A DNA stretch of 64,000 nucleotides from a candidate division FCPU426 bacterium (GTDB lineage: Bacteria > Oederibacteriota > Muellerivitia > Muellerivitales > Muellerivitaceae): contig CAVRAL010000001.1 in the NCBI GenBank assembly GCA_963719085.1, forward strand, positions 1,120,001 through 1,184,000, given 5' to 3'. The notes under the pieces are model-generated. The model was not told the origin of the DNA. It ran no database searches and saw only the letters and a program-made list of their open reading frames with translations. The position numbers were made by a program, and so were the translations under genes. This document shows positions 7,986-15,894 of the stretch, one piece after another. Every line of letters begins with the position of its first letter. Position 1 is the first letter of the stretch.

Positions 7986-9440
7986 CTACTCCAAGTCTTC
8001 CGGAACCGCTTTTCGGGCCGCCGTGAATTTTCGAAGCGGCAGTTCTTTCAGGTAAAAAGCCAGGACCAAGGTCAAAACCAGAATGATAGGAATGAGGCCG
8101 AAAATGGCCTCCAAGGCCGCGGCGATCCCGGCGCTTTGGGTTCGCGTGGTCAGGATGCTTCCGAAAACCGCCAAGCCCAATGACGGGCCGATGGCCCGCA
8201 TAAAATTCACCATCGAGGTGGCCGATCCCAAAAGAGGCATGGGCACGGCGTTTTGCGTGGCCAGATTGTAAACGGGGATGCAAAAGGCGAATCCCACGCC
8301 CACCACCATGATGTCCGCCACCAGCGTGGCGTGGGTCGTGGCGGGATTGAGCCGGGCCAAAAGCAAAGCCCCCACAAGGGCGACGGCCGGTCCCAACAGC
8401 GCGAAGATCCGGTAGCGCCCGGTGCGGCTGATCAATTGGCCCGTCACCGTCAAGGCGATGATCACGGTCAAGGTAAAAGGCAAAAGCAGGACGCCGCTGG
8501 TCTTAGCGTTGGCGCCCAAAACCTGCTGGACGAAAAGCGGCAGAAAAAAGGTGATGCCGAACACCGCCGCCGAGGTCAAGGCCGCCGACGCCAATGAGAT
8601 GGACACGATTGAAATTTTGAAAAGTTCCAAGGGCAGGATGGGATGGGCGGCCCTTTTTTCGATCCAAAGGAAAACGAAACCGAAAAATAAACCGACGAAG
8701 CCCAGCCCCAAGATTTGAGGTGAAAACCAGGGATGGTCCTTGTCAATCCCGTCCAACGCCAGAAGCAAAGGCACCACCGAGGCGATCAAGGCGGCGACCC
8801 CCGCGTAATCGACTTTAAAATCCCCCGGCTTGGAAGGCTTTATATAAGGGGCGAACCGGGCCAAAACGGCGCAGCCCAAAAGGCCGATGGGCAGGTTGAC
8901 GAAAAAAACATAACGCCATCCCGGCCCATCGGTCAAAAAGCCCCCCAAGAGCGGCCCCATCACGCTCGATACCGCCGAGATCGGCACGATGATTCCGATG
9001 ATCTTGCCCCGCTCCGAAGGAGAAAAAAGATCCGCGATGGTAGTGGAAGCCACGCAGGTCATGGTGCCGGCGCCAATTCCCTGCAGCGCCCGGAAGGCGA
9101 TCAATTCGGGCATGCTTTGGGCCAGCCCGCACAACACACTGGCCGCGGTGAACCAAAGGACGCCGCCCAAAAGATAATATTTACGGCCATGGACGTCGCT
9201 GAGTTTGCCCACGATCGGCATGACCGCCGTGGAGGCGATCATATAAGCCGTCACCACGCCCGAATAGCTGGCGAAACCGCTTAGCTCCCGCACAATCCGG
9301 GGCATGGCGGTGGCCACGATGGTCTGGTCCAGCGAGGCCATGAACAAAGCCAGCCCCACTCCCCCCATGGTGATCCACACGTCGCGCCGGGCCAGTTCAC
9401 CGTTCGCCCGCGGACTCCATTTTTCTCGGCTCATTCCCAT
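7986..9440 (-). CDS. DHA2 (EmrB/QacA-type) MFS drug efflux transporter
   Basis: LFMASLDQTIVATAMPRI, GKLSDVHGRK, FRALQGIGAG, many TM segments. Confidence 0.93.
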   Translation of the reverse strand: MGMSREKWSPRANGELARRDVWITMGGVGLALFMASLDQTIVATAMPRIVRELSGFASYSGVVTAYMIASTAVMPIVGKLSDVHGRKYYLLGGVLWFTAASVLCGLAQSMPELIAFRALQGIGAGTMTCVASTTIADLFSPSERGKIIGIIVPISAVSSVMGPLLGGFLTDGPGWRYVFFVNLPIGLLGCAVLARFAPYIKPSKPGDFKVDYAGVAALIASVVPLLLALDGIDKDHPWFSPQILGLGFVGLFFGFVFLWIEKRAAHPILPLELFKISIVSISLASAALTSAAVFGITFFLPLFVQQVLGANAKTSGVLLLPFTLTVIIALTVTGQLISRTGRYRIFALLGPAVALVGALLLARLNPATTHATLVADIMVVGVGFAFCIPVYNLATQNAVPMPLLGSATSMVNFMRAIGPSLGLAVFGSILTTRTQSAGIAAALEAIFGLIPIILVLTLVLAFYLKELPLRKFTAARKAVPEDLE

Positions 9441-9479
9441 AAACCTCTCTTGGATCCCGGCGGGAATCCGCCGAATCCC

Positions 9480-9899
9480 TTAGGCTTTCTTTTTCTTGGA
9501 AGATTTCGACGGACGGGAAAGGTTCAGGGCAATCGCTTGGCGCACGAGGGCCTTAAAGGCGGCCTCGTTCACTTTTTCCCCCTCGTGGATATCGATGGCG
9601 CGGCGGGTATTTCCCTCAAGGCTTGAATTAAAGAGGCGGGCCGGATCTTTCAGCGCCGCACCCTTCGCGAAGGTCAGCTTCACCACGCTCTTGTAGGATT
9701 CGCCCGTGCAAATAATGCCCTCATGCTCCCAAACGGGAACACCCCGCCATTTCCACGACTCAAGAACGCCAGGGTCGGCTTGCTGGATGAACTTTCGCAT
9801 CCGGGCGAGGGTTTTTCCCCGCCAATCCCCGAGTTCGACGATTCTTTGGGAAATAAGCTCCGAGGCCGAATGGCCTTGGCCCGCGTCTGACTTTTTCAT
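9480..9899 (-). CDS. DUF1801 (YdhG-like) protein
   Basis: LGDWRGKTLARMRKFIQQADP..WKWRGVPVW..VKLTFAKGAALKDP..FNSSLEGNTRRAID. Confidence 0.88.
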   Translation of the reverse strand: MKKSDAGQGHSASELISQRIVELGDWRGKTLARMRKFIQQADPGVLESWKWRGVPVWEHEGIICTGESYKSVVKLTFAKGAALKDPARLFNSSLEGNTRRAIDIHEGEKVNEAAFKALVRQAIALNLSRPSKSSKKKKA

Positions 9900-9918
9900 G
9901 TGGCCGTCCTGGCTAAAC

Positions 9919-10260
9919 TTAAAAAGGCTTCAGCACTATCCTTCCATAGACGACAAAGGCAAGCAAGAGGGCCGGCACAAAAGCCCAGAGAAGACCGGCC
10001 CCCGTATATTGGGCGAACAGCGCGATGCCGAGCAGTACGAGCCCGGCCAGGCCAATGGCCGCGCCAGAAACGAGCTTGGGCAAAAATAAACCCAGCGCGA
10101 ACAATATTTCCAGCACACCGTAAGCGATCCAAACCGGCTTGGGCAAGGCACCCAAGGCCCAAGGCTTGGCCAAGTTTGGATAATGACCTATCATGTAAAA
10201 AGCCCCCATCAAGTTCCACAAAGCCAGCAAAATTTGAAGAATCCATAACAAAAAATTCAT
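9919..10260 (-). CDS. DoxX-like membrane protein
   Basis: MNFLLWILQILLAL..GVLEILFALGLFLP..FVVYGR; four hydrophobic segments. Confidence 0.8.
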   Translation of the reverse strand: MNFLLWILQILLALWNLMGAFYMIGHYPNLAKPWALGALPKPVWIAYGVLEILFALGLFLPKLVSGAAIGLAGLVLLGIALFAQYTGAGLLWAFVPALLLAFVVYGRIVLKPF

Positions 10261-10346
10261 TTACTTTCCCTTTCTTTTAAAAATAGGCTCCGTGGCCGTC
10301 CGACCTTGGCGCGCGCCTCACTTTTCATCGTTTCACCCCGGCGGGA

Positions 10347-10691
10347 TTAGAACGGCTTCGGCGTCATCCTGCCATAAGCGACGAACAGGGACAAAAGCGC
10401 GGGAATCAAAACCCAAAGCAGGCCCTGAAACTTGGGCCTTGTCAACGCGGCGACGAAAAGCGTTTCCGCGGCCACGCCGATGGCGGCAATGGGAATGAGA
10501 AGTGTTTTCCCGAACAAGCCGGGCAAGACCAATCCCAACGCCAGCAAGATCTGCAGAAAACCGATGGCCATCCAGACGGGCCTGGGCATAATTTTCAACC
10601 AACCCGCCGGGATATTTTTCAGCATCCAGCTCCCGCCCATCGCGTAATACAGAGCCAACAAAACTTGAAGCACCCAAAGCAGGATGTTCAT
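10347..10691 (-). CDS. DoxX-like membrane protein (paralog of the adjacent gene)
   Basis: MNILLWVLQVLLAL..IGFLQILLALGLVLP..FVAYGR..KPF. Confidence 0.8.
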   Translation of the reverse strand: MNILLWVLQVLLALYYAMGGSWMLKNIPAGWLKIMPRPVWMAIGFLQILLALGLVLPGLFGKTLLIPIAAIGVAAETLFVAALTRPKFQGLLWVLIPALLSLFVAYGRMTPKPF

Positions 10692-10786
10692 CCTCCGCCT
10701 CCTCGAAATCGCCGGCAGGGGCCGGTTTGGTCAAAATCCTTCCCATCATACAATTGGCCGAATGACCAAGAACCAAAAATTTCAGA

Positions 10787-11173
10787 TTAGGACTTGGCGG
10801 CCTGGTAAGTCGCGTCCGGCGTAGCTTTATAATCCATCAGCGGCCGCACCTCCACGCTTCCCCACCGCGCCGAGGGAAACCTGGCCGCGGCTTCCAAAGC
10901 GGTCCGCAAATCCGGCGCCTCGATCAGGTTGACGCCGCTCAAGGAATCCTCGGTCAAGTAAGCCGGGCCTTCCTGGATCAAAACCTGCCCCCCGCGGGAT
11001 TGAACTGTCTTAGCGGCCGCCGTCGGTTGAAGCCCATAACCCACTTTTAATAGGCCCTTGTCCTTCAATTCTTTTCCCACCGCCTGGTACTCGACATAAA
11101 TTTTGCCCCACTCTTCCTTTGAAAAATCCTTTTGAAGCTTTTCTTTTTGGTAAATCAAGGCCAGAAATTGCAT
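10787..11173 (-). CDS. YciI/YCII (DGPF-type) family protein
   Basis: GLQPTAAAKTV..EGPAYLTEDSLSG..LIEAPDLRTALEAAARFP..GSVEVRP. Confidence 0.85.
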   Translation of the reverse strand: MQFLALIYQKEKLQKDFSKEEWGKIYVEYQAVGKELKDKGLLKVGYGLQPTAAAKTVQSRGGQVLIQEGPAYLTEDSLSGVNLIEAPDLRTALEAAARFPSARWGSVEVRPLMDYKATPDATYQAAKS

Positions 11174-11204
11174 AAATCCTCCCGATAAAATAATAATGAA
11201 GGGA

Positions 11205-11231
11205 TGTCACACCCCATCCCGATGGTTCGTC
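11205..11231 (+). promoter_or_regulatory. ECF41-type promoter driving the sigma factor gene
   Basis: TGTCACA-N16-CGTC, exact match to the ECF41 consensus. Confidence 0.85.
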
Positions 11232-11239
11232 ATTAAGAT

Positions 11240-11266
11240 GACGGCTGACACCCGGACTATGTGACA
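11240..11266 (-). promoter_or_regulatory. ECF41-type promoter driving yciI-doxX-doxX-DUF1801-MFS
   Basis: Minus strand TGTCACA-tagtccgggtgtcagc(16 nt)-CGTC. Confidence 0.85.
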
Positions 11267-11282
11267 GTGAAAAGGATTTCAA

Positions 11283-12182
11283 ATGACGGAAAGCGACTGG
11301 CTGGCCGAGCGGTTCCAAGAAAAGCGCGCCCATCTAAGGGCCGTGGCCTATCGGATATTGGGTTCCAACGGCGAGGCGGAAGACGCCGTCCAAGAAGCCT
11401 GGCTGCGCCTCTCCCGGTCGGAAGCGGACCGCATTGAGAACCTCGGCGGCTGGCTGACAACGGTGGTGGCCCGGGTCTGCCTGGATATGCTTCGTTCCCG
11501 CAAGGTCCGCAAGGAAGAACCCATCCAAGAAAATATTTTGGAAAAGCCTACAAGCACCCCCGCCAGCGACCCGGCGCAAGAAGCCCAATTAGCCGACTCG
11601 GTCGGCTCCGCTTTGCTTTTGATCCTAAGAACCCTGACACCCGCCGAACGGGTGGCCTTTGTGCTTCACGACCTATTCGATCTTCCCTTCGAGGAGATCG
11701 CCTCGACTTTAGGCCGGTCAACGGAAGCGACCCGGCAATTGGCCAGCCGCGCCCGCCGCCGCGTCCGGGGCGGCAGTGAAAACCGGGAAGACGAAGCGAA
11801 AAAGCGGACGATTGTCGCGGCCTTCCTCACCGCCTCCCGAGAGGGAAATTTTGACGCCCTGTTGCGCTTGCTGGACCCCGGCATCCTGCTTTACGCGGAC
11901 GATGTGGCCGTCAAAATGGCGGAAGTCAACAAGTCCAAAGGCGCGCCGCCCTTCCAGAGCGAGATGGCCGGAGCCAAAAACATCGCCGAAACATTCAAGG
12001 GCCGGGCCGTGGCCGCCCAATTGGCCCTCATCAATGGCTCAGTGGGAACAACCTGGATTGCCGGCGGCAAACCCCGGGTGGCGTTCTTATTTACGATCGA
12101 GAATGGGAAGATTCAGGAAATCAATGTGGTGATGGACCCGGAGGATTTGAAAGAAATGGAAGTGGAGCCGCTCTCGGCTTAA
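11283..12182 (+). CDS. ECF sigma-70 factor with C-terminal SnoaL-like extension (ECF41/SigJ-like)
   Basis: AYRILGS..EAEDAVQEAWLR, WLTTVVARVCLDMLRSR, LTPAERVAFVLHDLF, RQLASRARRRV, C-terminal extension ending DPEDL. Confidence 0.92.
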   Translation: MTESDWLAERFQEKRAHLRAVAYRILGSNGEAEDAVQEAWLRLSRSEADRIENLGGWLTTVVARVCLDMLRSRKVRKEEPIQENILEKPTSTPASDPAQEAQLADSVGSALLLILRTLTPAERVAFVLHDLFDLPFEEIASTLGRSTEATRQLASRARRRVRGGSENREDEAKKRTIVAAFLTASREGNFDALLRLLDPGILLYADDVAVKMAEVNKSKGAPPFQSEMAGAKNIAETFKGRAVAAQLALINGSVGTTWIAGGKPRVAFLFTIENGKIQEINVVMDPEDLKEMEVEPLSA

Positions 12183-12249
12183 GCGGCGCTTCGCTTCGCG
12201 TCCAGGCAGGACCGGATCCATCCGAAAGAGCCGAACCAAACTCCCCTTT

Positions 12250-13281
12250 TCACTCAAACTTTTCCGTGCCATCCGGCTCCGCAAGAACCTGCCGTTCCTT
12301 GGCGCTGGCTTTATAGGCCACCCGCCGGGCCCGCATGATGTTCCCCAGCGGTTTAAACTCCACGGGCGCGTGCCAGATATCAAACGAAAGTTTCTCGATG
12401 AATTCATAAAGCTTACGGCCCGGGGCCGAATCCGGGTCCTGCGGGATCAGGGTCAACCTTCCCAAAGTCACAAAGGGCGCGACGTCTTCCTTCCACTCCA
12501 CCGAAACATCCTCAATGGGCGTTTGCACTTCGTCGACAAAAAATTGAACCGCGAAATCAAAGACCACAGGCTCTTTTTTGACTCGGGCCGAAAGGTCTTC
12601 CGCCAAATAATTGGGCGTCTGCCCCGGTTGAGCGTCAGGAGCGTTGGCCGCGTGGGGCTTGAGCCGGTAATGCACGGCGTAAGGGCCGAATTGAATGGGC
12701 GCCGCGCTGTAATAGTTCATTGTGGCCAGCGAGATCGTCGGGAGCTTTGGCCCCTTGGTGACCTTTTTGATAATGGCCAGGGTCCGGCCCAAGCCGACTT
12801 TGAGAATAATCAGGGGCAACCCGATCAAAGGATTGCCGATATGGGTGACAAAAGGGACGAACTCGTCGGCGTCTTTAAAAGGAAGGGCGGGCGACCCAAT
12901 GAGTAAAAAATCCTGGGTGGGCGCGTTTTCCAAGCCGGGAATGATCTTTTTCCCACCCACGCCCAATAGCTTGACCGCGATGGCCCGGGTGGTTCCGGCC
13001 TGGCGGTCGTCGTCGACCGTACTTCCCCCATTGGAAAACCGGACGTAGGCCGGGTAAGTCGAGGGTTGGGCAAAAATGCCTACCTTCGCGTAGTCAGGCA
13101 GGTCGGGCAAAACGGTGAATTCGGCTTTGAGTCCCAGGTGGCCCTTGGGATGCAGTGCCCGCTTGAGGGGGCCTTGGGAATCTCTTTTCTTTTGGATGGC
13201 GTGAAGGGCTTGCGCGTACTTTTCCAGCCTGGCCGCTTCGCCGGGTTTGATCGTTTCTTTCCATTGAGTCGAGGGCGCCAT
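12250..13281 (-). CDS. Catalase-related heme protein (truncated catalase fold)
   Basis: RALHPKGH (distal His), YVRFSNG, QDFLL, RARRVAY (proximal Tyr). Confidence 0.85.
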   Translation of the reverse strand: MAPSTQWKETIKPGEAARLEKYAQALHAIQKKRDSQGPLKRALHPKGHLGLKAEFTVLPDLPDYAKVGIFAQPSTYPAYVRFSNGGSTVDDDRQAGTTRAIAVKLLGVGGKKIIPGLENAPTQDFLLIGSPALPFKDADEFVPFVTHIGNPLIGLPLIILKVGLGRTLAIIKKVTKGPKLPTISLATMNYYSAAPIQFGPYAVHYRLKPHAANAPDAQPGQTPNYLAEDLSARVKKEPVVFDFAVQFFVDEVQTPIEDVSVEWKEDVAPFVTLGRLTLIPQDPDSAPGRKLYEFIEKLSFDIWHAPVEFKPLGNIMRARRVAYKASAKERQVLAEPDGTEKFE

Positions 13282-13491
13282 GGCTGTTCCTTTTATTTAA
13301 AGGTGATTTCCGAATCCTTTGAAAACTAACCGAGTCACCGAGAAATTGCAATGCGTCCGCCCGGGAAGCCGGCTGGAGCGGACGGCCGTGAAATTCAGAC
13401 CGGGATTAGGTCAGGAAGATTCTGTCCAATGTCAAAATAAATGCTAAAATCACGCCATCTAACGGTTTTCCCCTATTTTGACGGAGCTACC

Positions 13492-14586
13492 ATGCCAAAG
13501 GCCTATCCCGAAAAGATCAAAAAGCTCCTCAAACGCCAGCGGCTCCTCAACCATGAAATCCTCATGTATCGACGGGTCATGGAAGGCATGCGGGAAGGTT
13601 TAGTCTTTGAGAACCTGCTTAAACTCATCATTGATTCGATGCGAAAAGGGATGGGCTTCAAGCGGGCAGGCATTTTCCTGGTGGACCCGGACGGAAAACA
13701 TTTTCAGTTGGCTTTAGGGATAGGCGCCAACGGCAAATATGAGCACAATAAAGACCGGTTTCCCCTCGATACCAGCCCCGGAAAGGTCCCCCTGGCCGAC
13801 GTCATCAACGGCCGTGTGCGTTACTTTCTCTCCAACAATATCCCCAGCCGCATACCCCAGCGCTATCAATATAGGGTGGAAGTCATCAACAACGCCGTGG
13901 TGCCCATCCAGGTGGGAAAAGAAAAGACTATCGGCGCCCTAGCCGTGGACAATCTTCATCTCAACCGCCCCATCACCCAATCGGACGTTTCCAGCCTGAT
14001 GAACTACGCCACCCAGTTGGGATTGGCCATCGAATCCTTGAGGATCCACGAAAAGGTGATGAACCTGTCTTTGACCGATCCCTTGACCGAACTTTATAAC
14101 CGCCGGCATTTCGACAAGGCCCTGGCCCAGGAAATCAAGCGGTGCCAAAGGTACAAACGCTCCTTCAGCTTATTGCTGATCGACATCGACCATTTCAAGC
14201 GCATCAACGATAATTACGGCCATGACGCCGGGGACCGGGTGATCCGCCAGGTGGGAAACCTGCTGAGGAACGCCCTTCGCAATCCGGACGTGGTCGGGCG
14301 GGTCGGCGGCGAGGAATTCGCGGTCATCCTTGCTGAAACCCCGCCCCAAAACATCACCCTGGTCGTCAATAAACTTCTGAGGGAAATGAGGCGGACCGTA
14401 CCTGAGGTTCCGGCCATGGCTGAAAAAAATGAACGGGTGACCTTCAGCGTCGGGCTGGCCACTTTTTTAAGCGGGGACGTCACCGCGCAAGCGATTATGA
14501 AATTAGCCGATCAGAGCATGTACCAGGCCAAACGAAACGGCCGGAACCGGGCCGGATCGCTTAGGCTCATCCGGAAAAAACGCTGA
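13492..14586 (+). CDS. GAF-GGDEF diguanylate cyclase
   Basis: Start placed at ATG 13492 (GGAG RBS); GAF, then TDPLTELYNRR, DIDHFKRINDNYGH, RNPD I-site, GGEEF. Confidence 0.92.
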   Translation: MPKAYPEKIKKLLKRQRLLNHEILMYRRVMEGMREGLVFENLLKLIIDSMRKGMGFKRAGIFLVDPDGKHFQLALGIGANGKYEHNKDRFPLDTSPGKVPLADVINGRVRYFLSNNIPSRIPQRYQYRVEVINNAVVPIQVGKEKTIGALAVDNLHLNRPITQSDVSSLMNYATQLGLAIESLRIHEKVMNLSLTDPLTELYNRRHFDKALAQEIKRCQRYKRSFSLLLIDIDHFKRINDNYGHDAGDRVIRQVGNLLRNALRNPDVVGRVGGEEFAVILAETPPQNITLVVNKLLREMRRTVPEVPAMAEKNERVTFSVGLATFLSGDVTAQAIMKLADQSMYQAKRNGRNRAGSLRLIRKKR

Positions 14587-14620
14587 CGCGGATCAAAGCT
14601 TTAGCCGAGAAGGAGCCGCC

Positions 14621-15496
14621 TTGAAAAAATCCCTCCCCCCTCTCTGGGTCGTGGTCACCGGGGTCACCGCCGACCCTCCGGGCGCCACCTATGGCCCGCG
14701 GCTTTCCGATAACTATGAGCTCATCTGGATCATGGAAGGCGAGGTCAAGGCGACCTTCGACCAGGCCGTGATCCAAGGCAAGGAAGGCACCTTCCTTTTT
14801 CGGCGTCCGGGAGTCCGGGATTACTACGAATGGTCGACCCGAAACCGGACCATCCACGCCTATGTCCAGTTCGATATCCCCCGCCGGGGCGGCTTTCCCA
14901 TTCCCTCCAAAGGCGTGCCGGTTTCCCGAAAAATAGCGGATAACGACGTGCTTCGTCCTTTATTCAATTACTTATTGCAGTTGGACAGCCTGAAGGAACC
15001 CCAAAGGACCGAATTGATGGTCCCCACCCTGGAATTGTTATTGAAAAGTTATATTTCCGGACAGGTGAAGGTGAAGCCTCAACTGGCCGCCCAAGTACCC
15101 GAATTAGTCGAGCGCTCGGTGGAGGTCATCACCCGCAAGACCACCCAGTCCCCGCCGGAGCGCTTGAGCCTGACGGAATTGGCCAAGACCGTCCACTCTT
15201 CCCCCGAGAACCTGTGCCGACTTTTCCAAAAGTCCCTGAACCTGGGTCCCCTGGAATACGCCAAGATGGTCCGGCTGGACCGGGCCGCCAATCTTTTGAG
15301 GCGCACCAATCAAAGCCTCGCCCAAATCGCCGCGGCCACGGGTTTCTATGACGGCTTCCATCTTTCCAAAAGTTTCAAAAAGGTTTATGGCCTGTCCCCC
15401 AAAGAATTCAAGGGTTCCAAATTGAACGAATGGATCACCCAAAAGAACCCGATCGTCCAGACCCTCTACAACGCCTACCACAAGCCCCTTCCCTAA
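14621..15496 (+). CDS. AraC family transcriptional regulator
   Basis: N-terminal cupin-like region; C-terminal double HTH (LSLTELAKTVHSSPENLCRLF..IAAATGFYDGFHLSKSFKKVYGLSP). Confidence 0.92.
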   Translation: MKKSLPPLWVVVTGVTADPPGATYGPRLSDNYELIWIMEGEVKATFDQAVIQGKEGTFLFRRPGVRDYYEWSTRNRTIHAYVQFDIPRRGGFPIPSKGVPVSRKIADNDVLRPLFNYLLQLDSLKEPQRTELMVPTLELLLKSYISGQVKVKPQLAAQVPELVERSVEVITRKTTQSPPERLSLTELAKTVHSSPENLCRLFQKSLNLGPLEYAKMVRLDRAANLLRRTNQSLAQIAAATGFYDGFHLSKSFKKVYGLSPKEFKGSKLNEWITQKNPIVQTLYNAYHKPLP

Positions 15497-15523
15497 ACCC
15501 GCCGGGAAATGAAGCCGTTTTAG

Positions 15524-15553
15524 AACTATGCGCTTGGCAAAGCGCATAGTTTT
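15524..15553. terminator. Stem-loop downstream of the AraC gene
   Basis: AACTATGCGCTT-GGCA-AAGCGCATAGTT followed by T-run. Confidence 0.6.
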
Positions 15554-15557
15554 TGAA

Positions 15558-15699
15558 TGTCATCGCGAGGAACGAAGTTTGTGACGAAGCAATCTCCGTT
15601 TATGGGTTGTGGCGGCCTAAATCTCACGGTGTATTAAAAGGCCAGAAACTGGGATTGCTTCGTCGCTAAAGCCAATGAGCGACGCTCCTCGCAATGACA
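15558..15699. repeat. ~140-bp palindromic element of the GTCAT(T/C)GCGAG...CTCGCAATGAC type (RPE/REP-like)
   Basis: Outer inverted repeats TGTCATCGCGAGGAACG / CGCTCCTCGCAATGACA and inner GACGAAGCAATC / GATTGCTTCGTC. Confidence 0.8.
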
Positions 15700-15894
15700 G
15701 ATCGACAGCTCATCTCAGAATGCTTTCCCAGCACCCAGTTCCCAATCGTTTTCCCTGTGCCCCAAAGTCAAAATCATCCATCCATTGGTTATTCCTGTAC
15801 ATGGCGTATTAACACCCCTGGAGTAAACTTTAAAAACGTTACAAGCGCGGGTCTGTCGGACTCTTGGCCTTGAAACATTTTTAGCGGGGAAACC

